From contig JAGROX010000003.1 of the NCBI GenBank assembly GCA_020440025.1, positions 6,069 through 70,068 of the forward strand: DNA of 64,000 bases, given 5' to 3'. This stretch comes from Verrucomicrobiia bacterium (GTDB taxonomy: Bacteria; Verrucomicrobiota; Verrucomicrobiia; Verrucomicrobiales; DEV007). Shown here piece by piece: positions 56,401-63,737 of the stretch. Position 1 is the stretch's first letter. Each line of letters starts with the position of its first letter. A program made the translations under genes and the position numbers. Below the pieces are notes generated by a model. The model ran no database searches and had not been told where the DNA came from. It saw nothing but the letters and a program-made list of their open reading frames with translations.

Positions 56401-58757
56401 GTGAACTCAATTCGTGGCGGAGTGGGTGAGAAATCGGGGAAGGCCGGGTAGCTGATGTCCTGCCCGAGGAAAGCGAGTCGCAATGAGCTGAAAGGCGTGC
56501 GCTCCTCGCGCTGACGCGGACCGTTGATGGTGCGGCCAAGGATTTCACCATCGAGAGCCATTGCGGGTGCGGTGATGTCAATGCTGCCGCCGGCGGCGCC
56601 TTGGATGTAATCGGCTTCCCAGTGCTCACCGGTCAAGGCCAACGGTTGGTTGTAGGTCTTCGTCACTCCCCATCGCTGGCTGGTGGTGGTGACTGTACCC
56701 TCATAGATGCCATCATAGACCCTGTCTGGTGTGGCGTCCTTGATGTCGAAAATCCTGCCTTGATAAAGTAACCGAGTGGTTCTCACCATGGCCCCCTGAT
56801 AGTTGATGAAGCCGCCTGAGACGTCGATCTCTGAGCCCTGTTGCATCACCATCGAATTTCCCGCGCTGATGGTGACGGTGCCGCCAGGGGCGGTGAATTC
56901 TTCGATGGTTCGCTGAATGAGAGCCGCGAAACCGGTGGCATCGGCGAGTGGTGTGCCTACCCAGCAGAGTCCGTTGTAGAAACCCTTGTTGCGGATGTCG
57001 ACGGTGATCGATCCGCCCCGGAGAAATCCGTCCCGTTGCAGCGGGGCGTTGGCGAACTCTGCTCCGCGCAGTTCCAGGGTGAGGATGTTTTGGAGAACGG
57101 AAACGGGCACGTCCGTGGTTCCCGAGACATCGACCAGAGAATTGCGATCGAGATAGACCTGCCCCGCCGAGCGGGTGAATCGCGACGTGGGCAGAGACCC
57201 ATCCTGATACTCCCATTCCCCGGCGCGGAGAGTGACATCGCCACTGGGAGCCTGAATGGTGGCGTTCGGTGCCAGGTGAATCGCGCGACCGGTGGCATTG
57301 ATTTGTGAATTGAGAGCCAGTCGCGTCCCGATCACGGTTTCAGTGCTGCCATACTCGGGGAGAACACGGGTCACGCTTCCCGCACCAAGTCTTACCGAGC
57401 CCGTGTCTCGGTTGAGGAAAGGCCGACCGAGGCTCGGGTTGGTGGCATCGTAGGCGGTGTTGGATACGGCATTGTAGGAAGCGATCAAATCGATGCGCCC
57501 ATTGAGCGAAACCGTGGTCGAGGATTCCAGGGCACCCAGTTGATTCACCTCCGCGCCGGCCATGGTGATGTTACCGCGGAGCGCCTCGATCAGGCCGCGG
57601 TTGGTGACAGCGCCCGCGTAGCGAGCCACCCCGGTTTCCTCGACGGCACCGATGAAGACATCGAGACCGCGAAGACTGGGATCATCGGTGGAGTGGGCAT
57701 CAATGCCGACCTGGAGACCGGCGGCGAGAATGGCCTGGCCGTCCGGAGTGAGAATCGTTCCCGAGTTGCGCACGTTTGGCCCCACCAGCATGATGCGGCC
57801 GCCGACGTTGGCAGCGTTGGTCGGGCTGACGAGTCTTGCGCCCGGTTGGACGATCACATCGCCGTAGCGTCCCGTTTGCGTTGGCGGTGCTTCCGGGGTG
57901 AAAGCCGGAGTGCCATTGGCGCCAGCGGGAATGGCGAGTCCGGAGAAAAGGAATTGGGCGTCCGGATTATTGAGGAGACCGTTGTTGATGAGGTTGTCGT
58001 TGATCGGCAAGGACGAGGCCACGAGGGTTCCGACATTGATCTGGCTGGTTCCGCCGAAGATGATGCCGTTTCGATTGATGACATAGACCTGTCCCGGTGC
58101 CTGGATAGTTCCCAGGATCTGGCTGGGGACACCGCTGGGATCATTGACCCGGTTGAATGCGATCCATTTGTTGGCGTTGGCTGCTCCCGCCGATTGATCG
58201 AAACGCAGGGTGGTGTTTTTTCCCACGTTGAAAGTACGCCAGCTCAACAGAGCCTGAGATTCCGTCTGCTTGACGGTGACGTTGGTGCGCCCTCCCGCTT
58301 TGGATTGGACGGGCAGTTTCGCTCCTGACCAGACGGCGGTAGAGGCGAGAACGCCGGGATCGACTTCGAGCCCGCCGGTGGCGAGACCATCGGGAACATT
58401 GGGCAGGGGAACTCCCGGTTGATGGGGATTGATGCCGAGATTGTTGGCCGATTGCGAACTGGCGGCAGCTCGCGCCGCAGCTTGGAACGACTTGACCGAT
58501 TGCAGGGCCCGGTTGGTTCGAGCCAGTGAGTCGCGGGCGTTGGCCCTGGCCGCAGCGGCAGCTTCCGCCGTGGCGCGATTGATCGCTTCCGAGCGGGCGG
58601 CCGCATTTCCCGCTGGTGTGCCACCGCGGAGGATATCTCCGGCTTGGACAATCGGCATGCCGCCGATTGAAATCGAGAGCACCGTCGCCACGAAGGCGTG
58701 GACCGGATTTACCCTCTCGAATTTCCTTGGTGTTGAGTCGCTTGAGCCGGCGCGCAT
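47415..58757 (-). CDS. Giant filamentous-haemagglutinin-family exoprotein (TPS domain + beta-helix repeats), 3780 aa
   Basis: The N-terminal TPS/haemagglutination-activity domain reads VTVKQTESQALLSWRTFNVGKNTTLRFDQS...NRVNDPSGVPSQILGTIQAPGQVYVINRNGIIFG. Thousands of residues of Gly/Ser/Asn/Thr-rich degenerate beta-helix repeats follow. The C-terminus is ...PPSVITVQVLGYGGGSS...REDDDDDAKPE. Confidence 0.9.
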   Translation of the reverse strand: MRAGSSDSTPRKFERVNPVHAFVATVLSISIGGMPIVQAGDILRGGTPAGNAAARSEAINRATAEAAAAARANARDSLARTNRALQSVKSFQAAARAAASSQSANNLGINPHQPGVPLPNVPDGLATGGLEVDPGVLASTAVWSGAKLPVQSKAGGRTNVTVKQTESQALLSWRTFNVGKNTTLRFDQSAGAANANKWIAFNRVNDPSGVPSQILGTIQAPGQVYVINRNGIIFGGTSQINVGTLVASSLPINDNLINNGLLNNPDAQFLFSGLAIPAGANGTPAFTPEAPPTQTGRYGDVIVQPGARLVSPTNAANVGGRIMLVGPNVRNSGTILTPDGQAILAAGLQVGIDAHSTDDPSLRGLDVFIGAVEETGVARYAGAVTNRGLIEALRGNITMAGAEVNQLGALESSTTVSLNGRIDLIASYNAVSNTAYDATNPSLGRPFLNRDTGSVRLGAGSVTRVLPEYGSTETVIGTRLALNSQINATGRAIHLAPNATIQAPSGDVTLRAGEWEYQDGSLPTSRFTRSAGQVYLDRNSLVDVSGTTDVPVSVLQNILTLELRGAEFANAPLQRDGFLRGGSITVDIRNKGFYNGLCWVGTPLADATGFAALIQRTIEEFTAPGGTVTISAGNSMVMQQGSEIDVSGGFINYQGAMVRTTRLLYQGRIFDIKDATPDRVYDGIYEGTVTTTSQRWGVTKTYNQPLALTGEHWEADYIQGAAGGSIDITAPAMALDGEILGRTINGPRQREERTPFSSLRLAFLGQDISYPAFPDFSPTPPRIEFTNSPSQRAATAFGLDALGNPSPLRADRLAKVELSPDLLTKGGFGSLTIENYDGEIEVPGSITLETQPGGNLVMHGSNITVAGSLIAPGGNIELNAYNLSLDTLNALNNSSSPVLPDPTLGRGRLMLEPGAFLSTAGLVVDERASSPELLPVTIGGGTITLAGFDTTIGRDTFLDVSGGARMNPVGKVTYGDGGSLSIAGGRDLNIDSVIGGSLNLAGGTMQGYSGATGGSLSLTAPAFVVGGRSSDPRVISIDPDFFSTGGFASFSLTGIGIPGENGMPSIPGVRIVSGTDIRPIVEGWLAIPHTDWGKGLTLTPFTRPEGLRSPANLAFNATGATDPYTNVPIVVGDVVMERNTSIETDGLGSVAFSGQTVSIEGSVVAPGGSISIAGADTYPGSEFETGIARTTVYIGREAFLSAAGKPIIYTDGRGHRVGTILPGGSVSVSGNIVAERGSVFDVSGSTGVLDLPPGFLTVDAEPIQGLRGTQWVPVRLDSNGGSIAIEGSEFLYTDATFIGRPGGPSAIGGTLSVSSGRLTIPGQPYTSADPNLVVTQNGVTLPNSPFPRGVGRQVLDASGNALPSLGNIAVSSFAGGGFDSLALGGNVQFSGPVSINMPGSLRVADGGVIYANDAVSLSATYVALGQNFRPPALDADQVSLFTSTDAAGITTPFYHFAPTWGKGSLTVRAELIDIGNLSLQGIGNARFLAPKGDIRGNGTLNIAGNLTLQAGQIYPTTLSDFNVYAYDYDPGSGVRPGSVNILGGSYRPMPISGGGTLSIYASNISQGGTLRAPIGVINLGYNGVGDAPVNPIAGSTIATPVTDNLTLRAGSVTSVAAVDPRTGEGLLIPFGISIDGNSWIDPAGNDITIAGLPTKAVNLRGNNVTTQAGSTIDIRGGGDLYAYRWVQGNGGTRDILANSTSFAVIPGYGFNYSPYGSFNTSSLAVELQGDRGYVNDTLSVGDRVTLGGSPGLAAGTYTLLPARYALLPGAFLVTPASATPQAGDPIGTFVMPDGSSLVSGYRSNGLDASRVGRTSMIRLEVASANVMRQRAEYEDLYANTFLRQAAIDRDFTPPRLPIDSGYLSFSALSAMSLRGAVDSVAPPGGRGSLIDISSPVDIIVNRTGTGGGVGNLVLSASQLNAFNAESLLIGGLRKFDTNGATVTVRTSNIMVDNAGAPLTGSDIILAATGSIELTDGASIRGTRSAATLDSIFIGDDAIPGSGDGVLIRASGNTSAPVFRDGVSGSTIPSMTIGANASLSGGSLTLDSTYATDLDPTARLTAKTVNLNSGQISLQLDNPGALNPTDGLVLSGLALETLQQTARRLTLASYSTLDLYGTGSVGSDALGRLSLQAGSIRGFNTAGGQVAFTANQLLIGNANDAPFTALPAGPLDGSLAFNANQISLGNNDVHVENFDTVEMNSKSRLLTAGIGSFQTVGNIEIVTPIVTGAGASNYLISADGDLSLSRPVGGGNGTGAGGLGATLALKGNTVSANTNILAPSGQITVQATGGELVVGNLDDARINVGGVSRNFLDLVRYTNGGTVNLISDTGGVTIAANGAIDISAPSGGGNAGNLNVSAPNGTFTISGAITGSAGGNRRTGSFSLDAGNIAENDLSAIDTQLNAGTFRELRDYRVRNGDLTISGSATARSYRLAADNGSITVTGSIDASGQTGGSIDLIAAGDLTVQSGALLDASGDAFSAAGKGGDISLTAGAAINGSINPGAMLDLQAGSTLDLSVAAAQPNSESRGQFTGTLHLRAPQNAGFTDVQITSIGSTITDPSSILVEGYRLYDLTGSGVLDNPLLSTIQADGNAFLGASGVSGANYSAMLARLTSIQPTLDLILAPGAEVINRSGSLNLGSSFSNSGSDWNLAGLRFGPRSAPGVLTLRAQDDLNFYNAISDGFGGGTSLWLSPLVANNPLLPDNTESWSYQFTAGSDFAAANFREVRPTDQLIANTGILRLGKNTGNTITNGGNNAVTSSVIGNAFQVIRTGSGNIELNVGRSLQLLNPFASIYTAGTQVANPTSIFAANDFVVPITVSNLTQGSLGARQQSYPAQYSMGGGNVFISAGENIERKTANNSGLIDDSSRQLPNNWLYRRGYIGSDGNYGLVRVGSGPIALTDPAASTSWWVDFSNFFQGVGALGGGDVSLVAGLDVKNVDAVIPTNSRAAIGAPDADKLLELGGGDLLIRSGNNIDGGIYYVERGTGRLEAGNEITTNATRSPSLGIIQNLNNPDTARLDPLTWLPTTLFAGKSTFNVSANGDLLLGPTGNPFLLPPGLNNRFWYKSYFSTYSPDSAINVSSLGGDVTLRNSVVTPDSAVSRNILEVWLEKQQLLSVGPTGAAYYHPWLRLAETSLQPFSAILPVQPPTLRATSLAGDINLAGDITLFPAPSGQLELLAANQINALQPIGLSTTRFPGQTVRLWSASQINVSDANPNSVPSAIDPFAYFSVAGSSSNANINTQNNFLANIGNLFSESGSNTGRFAVSQTKQALHTPGLLHLNDSDPLRVYALGGNLSGLRLFSPKASRIYASNDISDIAFYLQNLGEEDATIITAGRDITAYNSASPLRVNSLASGNALAVNESPRAGDIHIGGPGSLQVLAERDVDLGSGSNNPDGTGTGIVSLGNSRNPFLSFEGANLIVGAGIGSATSLANSDIEIQSFIDQFVKGAEGDRYLAELGIDDFDSLSAEQQAQKALEVFYLILRDAGRNFNDPTSPGFGNYDSGFAAIDALFGQGGGQGEILTRARNIRTQNGGDIAILAPSGGLTLSSTLDANSLVPPGIVTESGGDISIFTDTNVDIGVGRIFTLRGGNIMIWSSSGDIAAGSSSKTVQSAPPTRVLIDPQSATVETDLAGLATGGGIGVLDTVAGVMPGDVDLIAPTGVIDAGDAGIRVTGNINLAATQVVNASNISVGGSATGAPAAPTVSAPNIGGLSAAASTAGASTTTASATEEASRRQSNTTTTEAPPSVITVQVLGYGGGSSAAPVPEGAAPREDDDDDAKPE

Positions 58758-58775
58758 CAGGGGATCCTTGGAAGA

Positions 58776-59714
58776 TTACTCGGTGTCTGCAGGAATCAGT
58801 TTTGAAAGCACCATCTCGTTGACGGCGATCGGATTGTCCTGCAGGAGCTTGCCGAGAAACGCTTGAGTTCCGGCGCGGGCCCGTTCCTGGCGAAGCCTGG
58901 CAACGAGCTGCTCCCTGATTTGTGGGAGCGTCGGAACGAATGATTCCCGGATGTCGATAACCTTGATGAAATGCCAGCCGTCCTGCATGCGGACTGGCGC
59001 TGAAATCTGGCCCAGTTTCAGTTCGGGCAGTGCCGACAACACTGCGGGTTGAATCTGAGGCTCCGCCAGCCAGCCGATTTCGCCATCGCGCTCGGCGCTG
59101 ACGCTTTCCTCGCTGTGCTCTCGGGCGATGGCACCGAAATCAGAATTCTCGGCCAACAGAAGGTCGGCCAATTTGGTCAGTTTGAGGTTGGCCTCTACTG
59201 AAGGTGGCGCTTCGATGTCATCGGTGGGATCCGCCACGAAAATCTGTGAAAGATACCAGGATTTTGGGACGCGCAATGCTTCGCGATTTGCTTCGTAGGC
59301 CGCTTTGACTTCCTCATCCGACGGAAACCCTTCGGGCGCCTGACTCATTGATTCGATGAAGGTCGTTGCGACAACGCCATCACGGAGGAGTGCCATGCGC
59401 TCGGTAACCTCCTTGCTCTGATCCCAGCCCTGAGCGGTGGCTTCCCGCAGCACCACCTGCTGAACGAGTAGCGCTCGGACATACTGATTGAGAGCTGCTG
59501 GCTGACTGCGCATCGCCTCGCGTTCCTCTGGCGTCAGAGTGGCGAGATTTTTGCGAACGTCACTCATTTTGACTTCGAGATCGCCGACCTTGCCGAGCAC
59601 TTCATCGGCGACAGGTGCCGCCGGAGAGGGGAGGGGCTGGGCAATGGGGGCCTCCTGAGCGGCAGAGATTCCGGCGAGAGAAAGGAAAGTGGCGATGGAA
59701 TAGAATCGATTCAT
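58776..59714 (-). CDS. Secreted parvulin-type peptidyl-prolyl isomerase (SurA/PrsA-like chaperone)
   Basis: I chose the ATG at 59714 (MNRFYSIATFLSLAGISAAQ). It has a SurA-like N-terminal helical part and a PpiC rotamase block GEIGWLAE...LKLGQISAPVRMQDGWHFIKV. Its stop is 18 nt upstream of the FHA start. Confidence 0.8.
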   Translation of the reverse strand: MNRFYSIATFLSLAGISAAQEAPIAQPLPSPAAPVADEVLGKVGDLEVKMSDVRKNLATLTPEEREAMRSQPAALNQYVRALLVQQVVLREATAQGWDQSKEVTERMALLRDGVVATTFIESMSQAPEGFPSDEEVKAAYEANREALRVPKSWYLSQIFVADPTDDIEAPPSVEANLKLTKLADLLLAENSDFGAIAREHSEESVSAERDGEIGWLAEPQIQPAVLSALPELKLGQISAPVRMQDGWHFIKVIDIRESFVPTLPQIREQLVARLRQERARAGTQAFLGKLLQDNPIAVNEMVLSKLIPADTE

Positions 59715-59763
59715 ACGTTTCTGGGTAGGGGTGGAAGGGGAAAGGGAGAGAGATAGTGGATGC

Positions 59764-60483
59764 TTAGTCAGCTTCTTCTTTTTCAGCAGTTTCGGCGGCC
59801 TCGACATCTGCCGTGGTGTTGGCCTCGCGGCGGGCCTGATCGACGGCATCTGGCTCGGCAATCTGATCGACAAGCTTGTCCTTGTAGTCGGCGACGGCGG
59901 CTTCGATCTGGACTCGGGCGAGGCCGGTGAAGGGTTCGCGGGCAATCAGAGCCCGACCGAGGGCAAAGTTCTCATAGCGTTTTAGAACCTCTTCTCCCAC
60001 TCGATAGAGTTCCGCGTTCTGGCCGGTCCTTTTCTCCAAAGTCTGCCGGGTTTCTTCAAGGTCGCGGGCGACTTTTTGAAGCTGTCCGACCGTGGTCTCG
60101 GCGAAAGTCTTGATCTCGGCGTGGGAGCCCTGCCATTCCTTAAGCGCCTTTTCCAGCCGCTCGATCTTCGCGTTACTGGTGGTGAGATTACGATCCATTT
60201 CAGCGATGGCTTTGTCAGCGGCTTCGCGTTCGAGGGTGCCGGTCTTGATGGATTCGGCCAGGCTGGTTTCGAGATTCTTGATCTTGATCTCGCTCTGAGC
60301 CTTGATGGCCTTCATCTCCGCGTCGATGCGCGCCTTTTCCGTCTGCTCGTTGCGAAGCTGCAGCATGGTGTTGCGCAGCGTTTCCCGGAGTTGGGCCTCG
60401 ACCTGCGAAGGTTGTTCCTGAGCTCTGCCGCCGGAGATGATCGCCAGAGTGGTGAAAATGATAAGCAACCGTTTCGTATTCAT
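59764..60483 (-). CDS. Secreted coiled-coil protein
   Basis: Signal peptide MNTKRLLIIFTTLAIISGGRAQ, then ~200 aa of heptad-like Glu/Lys/Leu-rich sequence and an acidic tail. Its ATG overlaps the stop of the upstream barrel gene by 1 nt (TGATG). Confidence 0.6.
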   Translation of the reverse strand: MNTKRLLIIFTTLAIISGGRAQEQPSQVEAQLRETLRNTMLQLRNEQTEKARIDAEMKAIKAQSEIKIKNLETSLAESIKTGTLEREAADKAIAEMDRNLTTSNAKIERLEKALKEWQGSHAEIKTFAETTVGQLQKVARDLEETRQTLEKRTGQNAELYRVGEEVLKRYENFALGRALIAREPFTGLARVQIEAAVADYKDKLVDQIAEPDAVDQARREANTTADVEAAETAEKEEAD

Positions 60484-62489
60484 CAGAACTTGGCGTTGAT
60501 GTCGAACTGAATGACGTCAGACTTGAGCGGTGGGCCCGCGATTTCGTTGGCGCTCATCCAGCGAAGATTGAGAAAGACCTTGGGGGAGAGGGCGATGCCC
60601 GTGCTCAGAGTGAGGCCTTCCATGTTGGTGCCACCAAGCCCGAAGTCAGAGTCGGTGAGTCCGTCGATGAATGCGTCACTCTCAACGTAGCGATAGCCGA
60701 TCGCCGCGTTCCAGTTCCCCAGTCGTTCCATGGCGGCGGAGCCGAATTGCAACTCCAACATCCAGGCGTCTCCGCCGCCTTCGAAACCGCCAACCGCCCC
60801 ATCCTCGGTGATGGCTCCGCGGTTGTTGACGGCATACAGATCGATCTGTTCCGCATCGAAAGCGAGGTTGGAAGCAAACTCACCGAGCAGGCTGACCTGG
60901 TAAAAATCGGAGACATTCCAATCGATCCGGCCATTGAAATTGAGCACCTCGAAAGGCGACGCCAGGCCGTAGTATTGATACTGCATGGCCGTTCCGAACC
61001 CATTGAGAGGATCAGGAATGATATCGCGAAGCGGTCGATAGGTGTTGCCCTTCTGGGCGAAGGTGGGGCGGAGGTGATCGGTGTTGCCCTGATCCTTGCT
61101 GGAAAAGGGAATGAAGGGATCGGAAAGCTCGCCTTTGACGTTGTCGAACTCGAAATAGCCGACGGCAAGTTTGCCGGCCAGATCAACGCCTTTCAGGAGA
61201 TCCACCCCAAGCTGAGTGCCGTAGATCCACTTGTCGGTGCTTTCAAACTTGTCGGGATTGTTGGTCGCGAAATCGAATTCGGTGTTGTAGATCGGGAAGA
61301 TGCCGCCGTTGAAAAAGGGCGTGATCCCCGGCTTGATCTGTTTGCTGGCTCGAAGCGCGAGACCATCGAAACCGAGATCGTTGTCCCACATGATGTCGCT
61401 GCTGGCGAAGAACGGATTGTCGAAGCGACCGACTATGAACTCCACAAAGTTGTAGGGATCGGTGTCGATCTTTTCGACGGCGTTGGGATCGTGCGACTGC
61501 CACTTCAGATAGGCACGATCCAGCCAGAGCTGGTATTTGCTGAAATCGGAACCGAGTGTCTGGTTGGTGCTGACGGGGCTGTCGCTGCTGCCCGTGCCGA
61601 CCCGCATTCCGGCGGTGAACTTGTCCCCCAGATAGATCTCGGTGCCGATTCGAGCGCGGAGACGGTAGCGATGGCGCTCCTCGTCGACGTTCAACTGCGG
61701 AGAGAAATCATAGCCAGCAATGTCGAAGGGGGCACCGGTATTGATGGCGTTGAAGTCGGGAAAGGATCCAGTGGTGTCGTTGCCTTCGGGAAAGATCGTG
61801 CCGTCGTAGCGAAAACGCAGATCACCGAAGAAGCTGGTGTTCTGTGCCCATTCGGGAATTTCGTTGGGTGCCGCCCAACGCTCGTCCATCGCCTGCTCGA
61901 AGATGTCGCGCTTGATGTCGACCCTGAGTTGGGCCTTGATCGAATCCGGAATGTGGGTAACGACAATGTCATCCTCAGACGCCATCGCAGAATCCTCGGC
62001 GATGGCAGCGGATTGCTCCCGCACCGTGGCGGCTTCCTGCTCGGCCTGTGAGATCAGGCCACTCGCGTCTCCCTGGGTGAGGACACCGCGCTGGACCAGA
62101 AGATTGATCAGGTTGATGACGACGCTTTCGGTGGGAGTGGCGCCATCTTCCATGCCTGGAAGGGAAAGCTCTCCGTCCGGTCCAAAGGCACCCTCGGGCA
62201 TGTCGGGAAAGAGAGAGGGATTGATGCTGGATGGCGGGGGAACAGGCTCGTTTTCCGCATTTTCGTCGTTACTCTCTTCGGCGGGAACTTCGTCAGCCGA
62301 GTCGGACGGTTGCGCTGGTTCTGCGGAATCGTCTGGCGTGGACTCGGATTTCTCCAAAGGAGCCGGGGAGGGAAGCGGCCCGTTCTGCGCCTGTGCCCAT
62401 CCCGTTGCGAGAGCGAGACAGAAGACGGCGAGCAGGAACGACGTTCTTGACCGGGAGGAGAGATTGACCTTGGAAATCGGAAGCTTCAT
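60483..62489 (-). CDS. Outer-membrane beta-barrel protein, putative-porin-like
   Basis: 668 aa with a signal peptide ending ...ATGWAQA and an acidic Pro/Glu/Asp-rich linker. The helical motif LINLLVQRGVLTQGDASGLI, then IPDSIKAQLRVDIKRDI...WAAPNEIPEWAQNTSFFGDLRFRYD, resembles the putative-porin family. Alternating strands run to a terminal ...VIQFDINAKF. I saw no POTRA-like repeats. Confidence 0.65.
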   Translation of the reverse strand: MKLPISKVNLSSRSRTSFLLAVFCLALATGWAQAQNGPLPSPAPLEKSESTPDDSAEPAQPSDSADEVPAEESNDENAENEPVPPPSSINPSLFPDMPEGAFGPDGELSLPGMEDGATPTESVVINLINLLVQRGVLTQGDASGLISQAEQEAATVREQSAAIAEDSAMASEDDIVVTHIPDSIKAQLRVDIKRDIFEQAMDERWAAPNEIPEWAQNTSFFGDLRFRYDGTIFPEGNDTTGSFPDFNAINTGAPFDIAGYDFSPQLNVDEERHRYRLRARIGTEIYLGDKFTAGMRVGTGSSDSPVSTNQTLGSDFSKYQLWLDRAYLKWQSHDPNAVEKIDTDPYNFVEFIVGRFDNPFFASSDIMWDNDLGFDGLALRASKQIKPGITPFFNGGIFPIYNTEFDFATNNPDKFESTDKWIYGTQLGVDLLKGVDLAGKLAVGYFEFDNVKGELSDPFIPFSSKDQGNTDHLRPTFAQKGNTYRPLRDIIPDPLNGFGTAMQYQYYGLASPFEVLNFNGRIDWNVSDFYQVSLLGEFASNLAFDAEQIDLYAVNNRGAITEDGAVGGFEGGGDAWMLELQFGSAAMERLGNWNAAIGYRYVESDAFIDGLTDSDFGLGGTNMEGLTLSTGIALSPKVFLNLRWMSANEIAGPPLKSDVIQFDINAKF

Positions 62490-62554
62490 GGGCGATTCGC
62501 GAGCGAACAGAAAGTGGGTAGGGAGGAGGACGAGAACTTCGAAAAACGAACAGT

Positions 62555-63280
62555 TCAGGGTTTGCGGGCGGTGATGCGCAGGTTGATCGGCATGGGCATG
62601 TCAGCGGGCGGTGGTTCCGGAAGCTGAATCGACGCCAGCACTTCGTTGGAAAGCACTTGATCAAGTCCGCTGTCGCCGGTCGAATTGACCAGCTTGGCCT
62701 GAGTGACCCGTCCCAGTTGATCGGCCCAGATTTTGACTTCCACGGACATCACTGCAGACCTGGTCGTGCGATTTCTCTGCATGGCGTTGACGATGGCGCC
62801 CTGCACTTTGCCGGCGTACCAGCCGTATTTGCTTCCGCCTTTGCCTCCGTTTCCACCGATTCCGCGGCCGCCGATCATGCCACCACCACCGCCGGATTTG
62901 AGACCGTAGGAGTCGGAGCCTCCGTCGCCTTGGACATTGGTTCCGAGTGGCTCCGGAGAAGGTTCCGCCTCAGCCGGTTCGGGTTCACTCATTTCCGGTG
63001 CTTCTTCGGGAACGAATGCTTGCTCCTGTTCGATCACCTCTTGGGGAGGCGGTGGTTCTTCAGGTTTTGGCGGGGGAGGAGGAGGGGGCGGCGGGGGAGG
63101 AGGCGCCACGATGTCGATCATGGCAATCTGAGGTGCCGACGGTTTTGTTTCGCCGGGATCGCGACCGAAGAAGAACCAGCCTGCCGTGGCTGCCCCAACA
63201 AACAAGACCGCTCCGAAACCGATTTTGGTTCCGTGCCGCTCGAAAAAGGATTCGTCCTCGTCAAAGAAGTCGCCGTTCAT
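62555..63280 (-). CDS. tonB: TonB-family energy transducer
   Basis: I chose the ATG at 63280. It has an N-terminal TM helix (IGFGAVLFVGAATAGWFFF), a poly-Pro spacer (PPPPPPPPPPPPKPEEPPPP) and a C-terminal TonB_C-like domain (...VEVKIWADQLGRVTQAKLVNSTGDSGLDQ...). Confidence 0.8.
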   Translation of the reverse strand: MNGDFFDEDESFFERHGTKIGFGAVLFVGAATAGWFFFGRDPGETKPSAPQIAMIDIVAPPPPPPPPPPPPKPEEPPPPQEVIEQEQAFVPEEAPEMSEPEPAEAEPSPEPLGTNVQGDGGSDSYGLKSGGGGGMIGGRGIGGNGGKGGSKYGWYAGKVQGAIVNAMQRNRTTRSAVMSVEVKIWADQLGRVTQAKLVNSTGDSGLDQVLSNEVLASIQLPEPPPADMPMPINLRITARKP

Positions 63281-63338
63281 GCCGTGTCTATTCCGCGTGT
63301 TTCCGTAAGTGCCTGATGCAGGGAGGTGAGCCGCTGCC

Positions 63339-63737
63339 TCACTTGGGGCCCTGAGTGGCCAGGCCGATTTTTTCAATCCCCACACGTCCGACAACATCGA
63401 GGACATCCATGATGCCCTGATATTGGGTGCCTCGGTCACCTCTTACCACGATGGGAAACTCCGGGTGGCTTGCCTTGTGCTCATTGAGCCGCTGCTCCAG
63501 TTCCTGAAGGGTGACCGGCACGGTATCGAGAAAGATTTTGCCCTCGTTGTTCACGGTGACGGCACGACCTTTGGGGCCGGAAATCTCCGGAGCTTTGCTC
63601 CCTTTCGGGAGATCGACCTTGATACCCTGGACACCGGCAGTCGTCATGATGATGAAGATGAGCAACAGCACGAGGTAGAGGTCCACCATCGGCGTGACGT
63701 TGATGTCGTCGTAGCTTTTTCCGCTATCAGTTTGCAT
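63339..63737 (-). CDS. exbD: ExbD/TolR-family biopolymer transport protein
   Basis: I chose the ATG at 63737. DINVTPMVDLYLVLLLIFIIMTT is the canonical ExbD TM block. The periplasmic domain ends ...VVRGDRGTQYQGIMDVLDVV. Confidence 0.85.
   Translation of the reverse strand: MQTDSGKSYDDINVTPMVDLYLVLLLIFIIMTTAGVQGIKVDLPKGSKAPEISGPKGRAVTVNNEGKIFLDTVPVTLQELEQRLNEHKASHPEFPIVVRGDRGTQYQGIMDVLDVVGRVGIEKIGLATQGPK

Noticed and set aside
60483-62489. The 668-aa outer-membrane protein as the missing secretin of the T2SS-like operon.
   Set aside because: It is 20 kb away on the other strand, embedded in the TonB/FHA array. It has alternating-strand barrel character with a terminal Phe and no N0-N3/secretin-like organisation that I can see.
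63069-63106. G-rich run (GGCGGGGGAGGAGGAGGGGGCGGCGGGGGAGGAGG) that could form a G-quadruplex.
   Set aside because: It is the antisense of the poly-proline spacer of TonB (PPPPPPPPPPPP). The composition is explained by the coding requirement.
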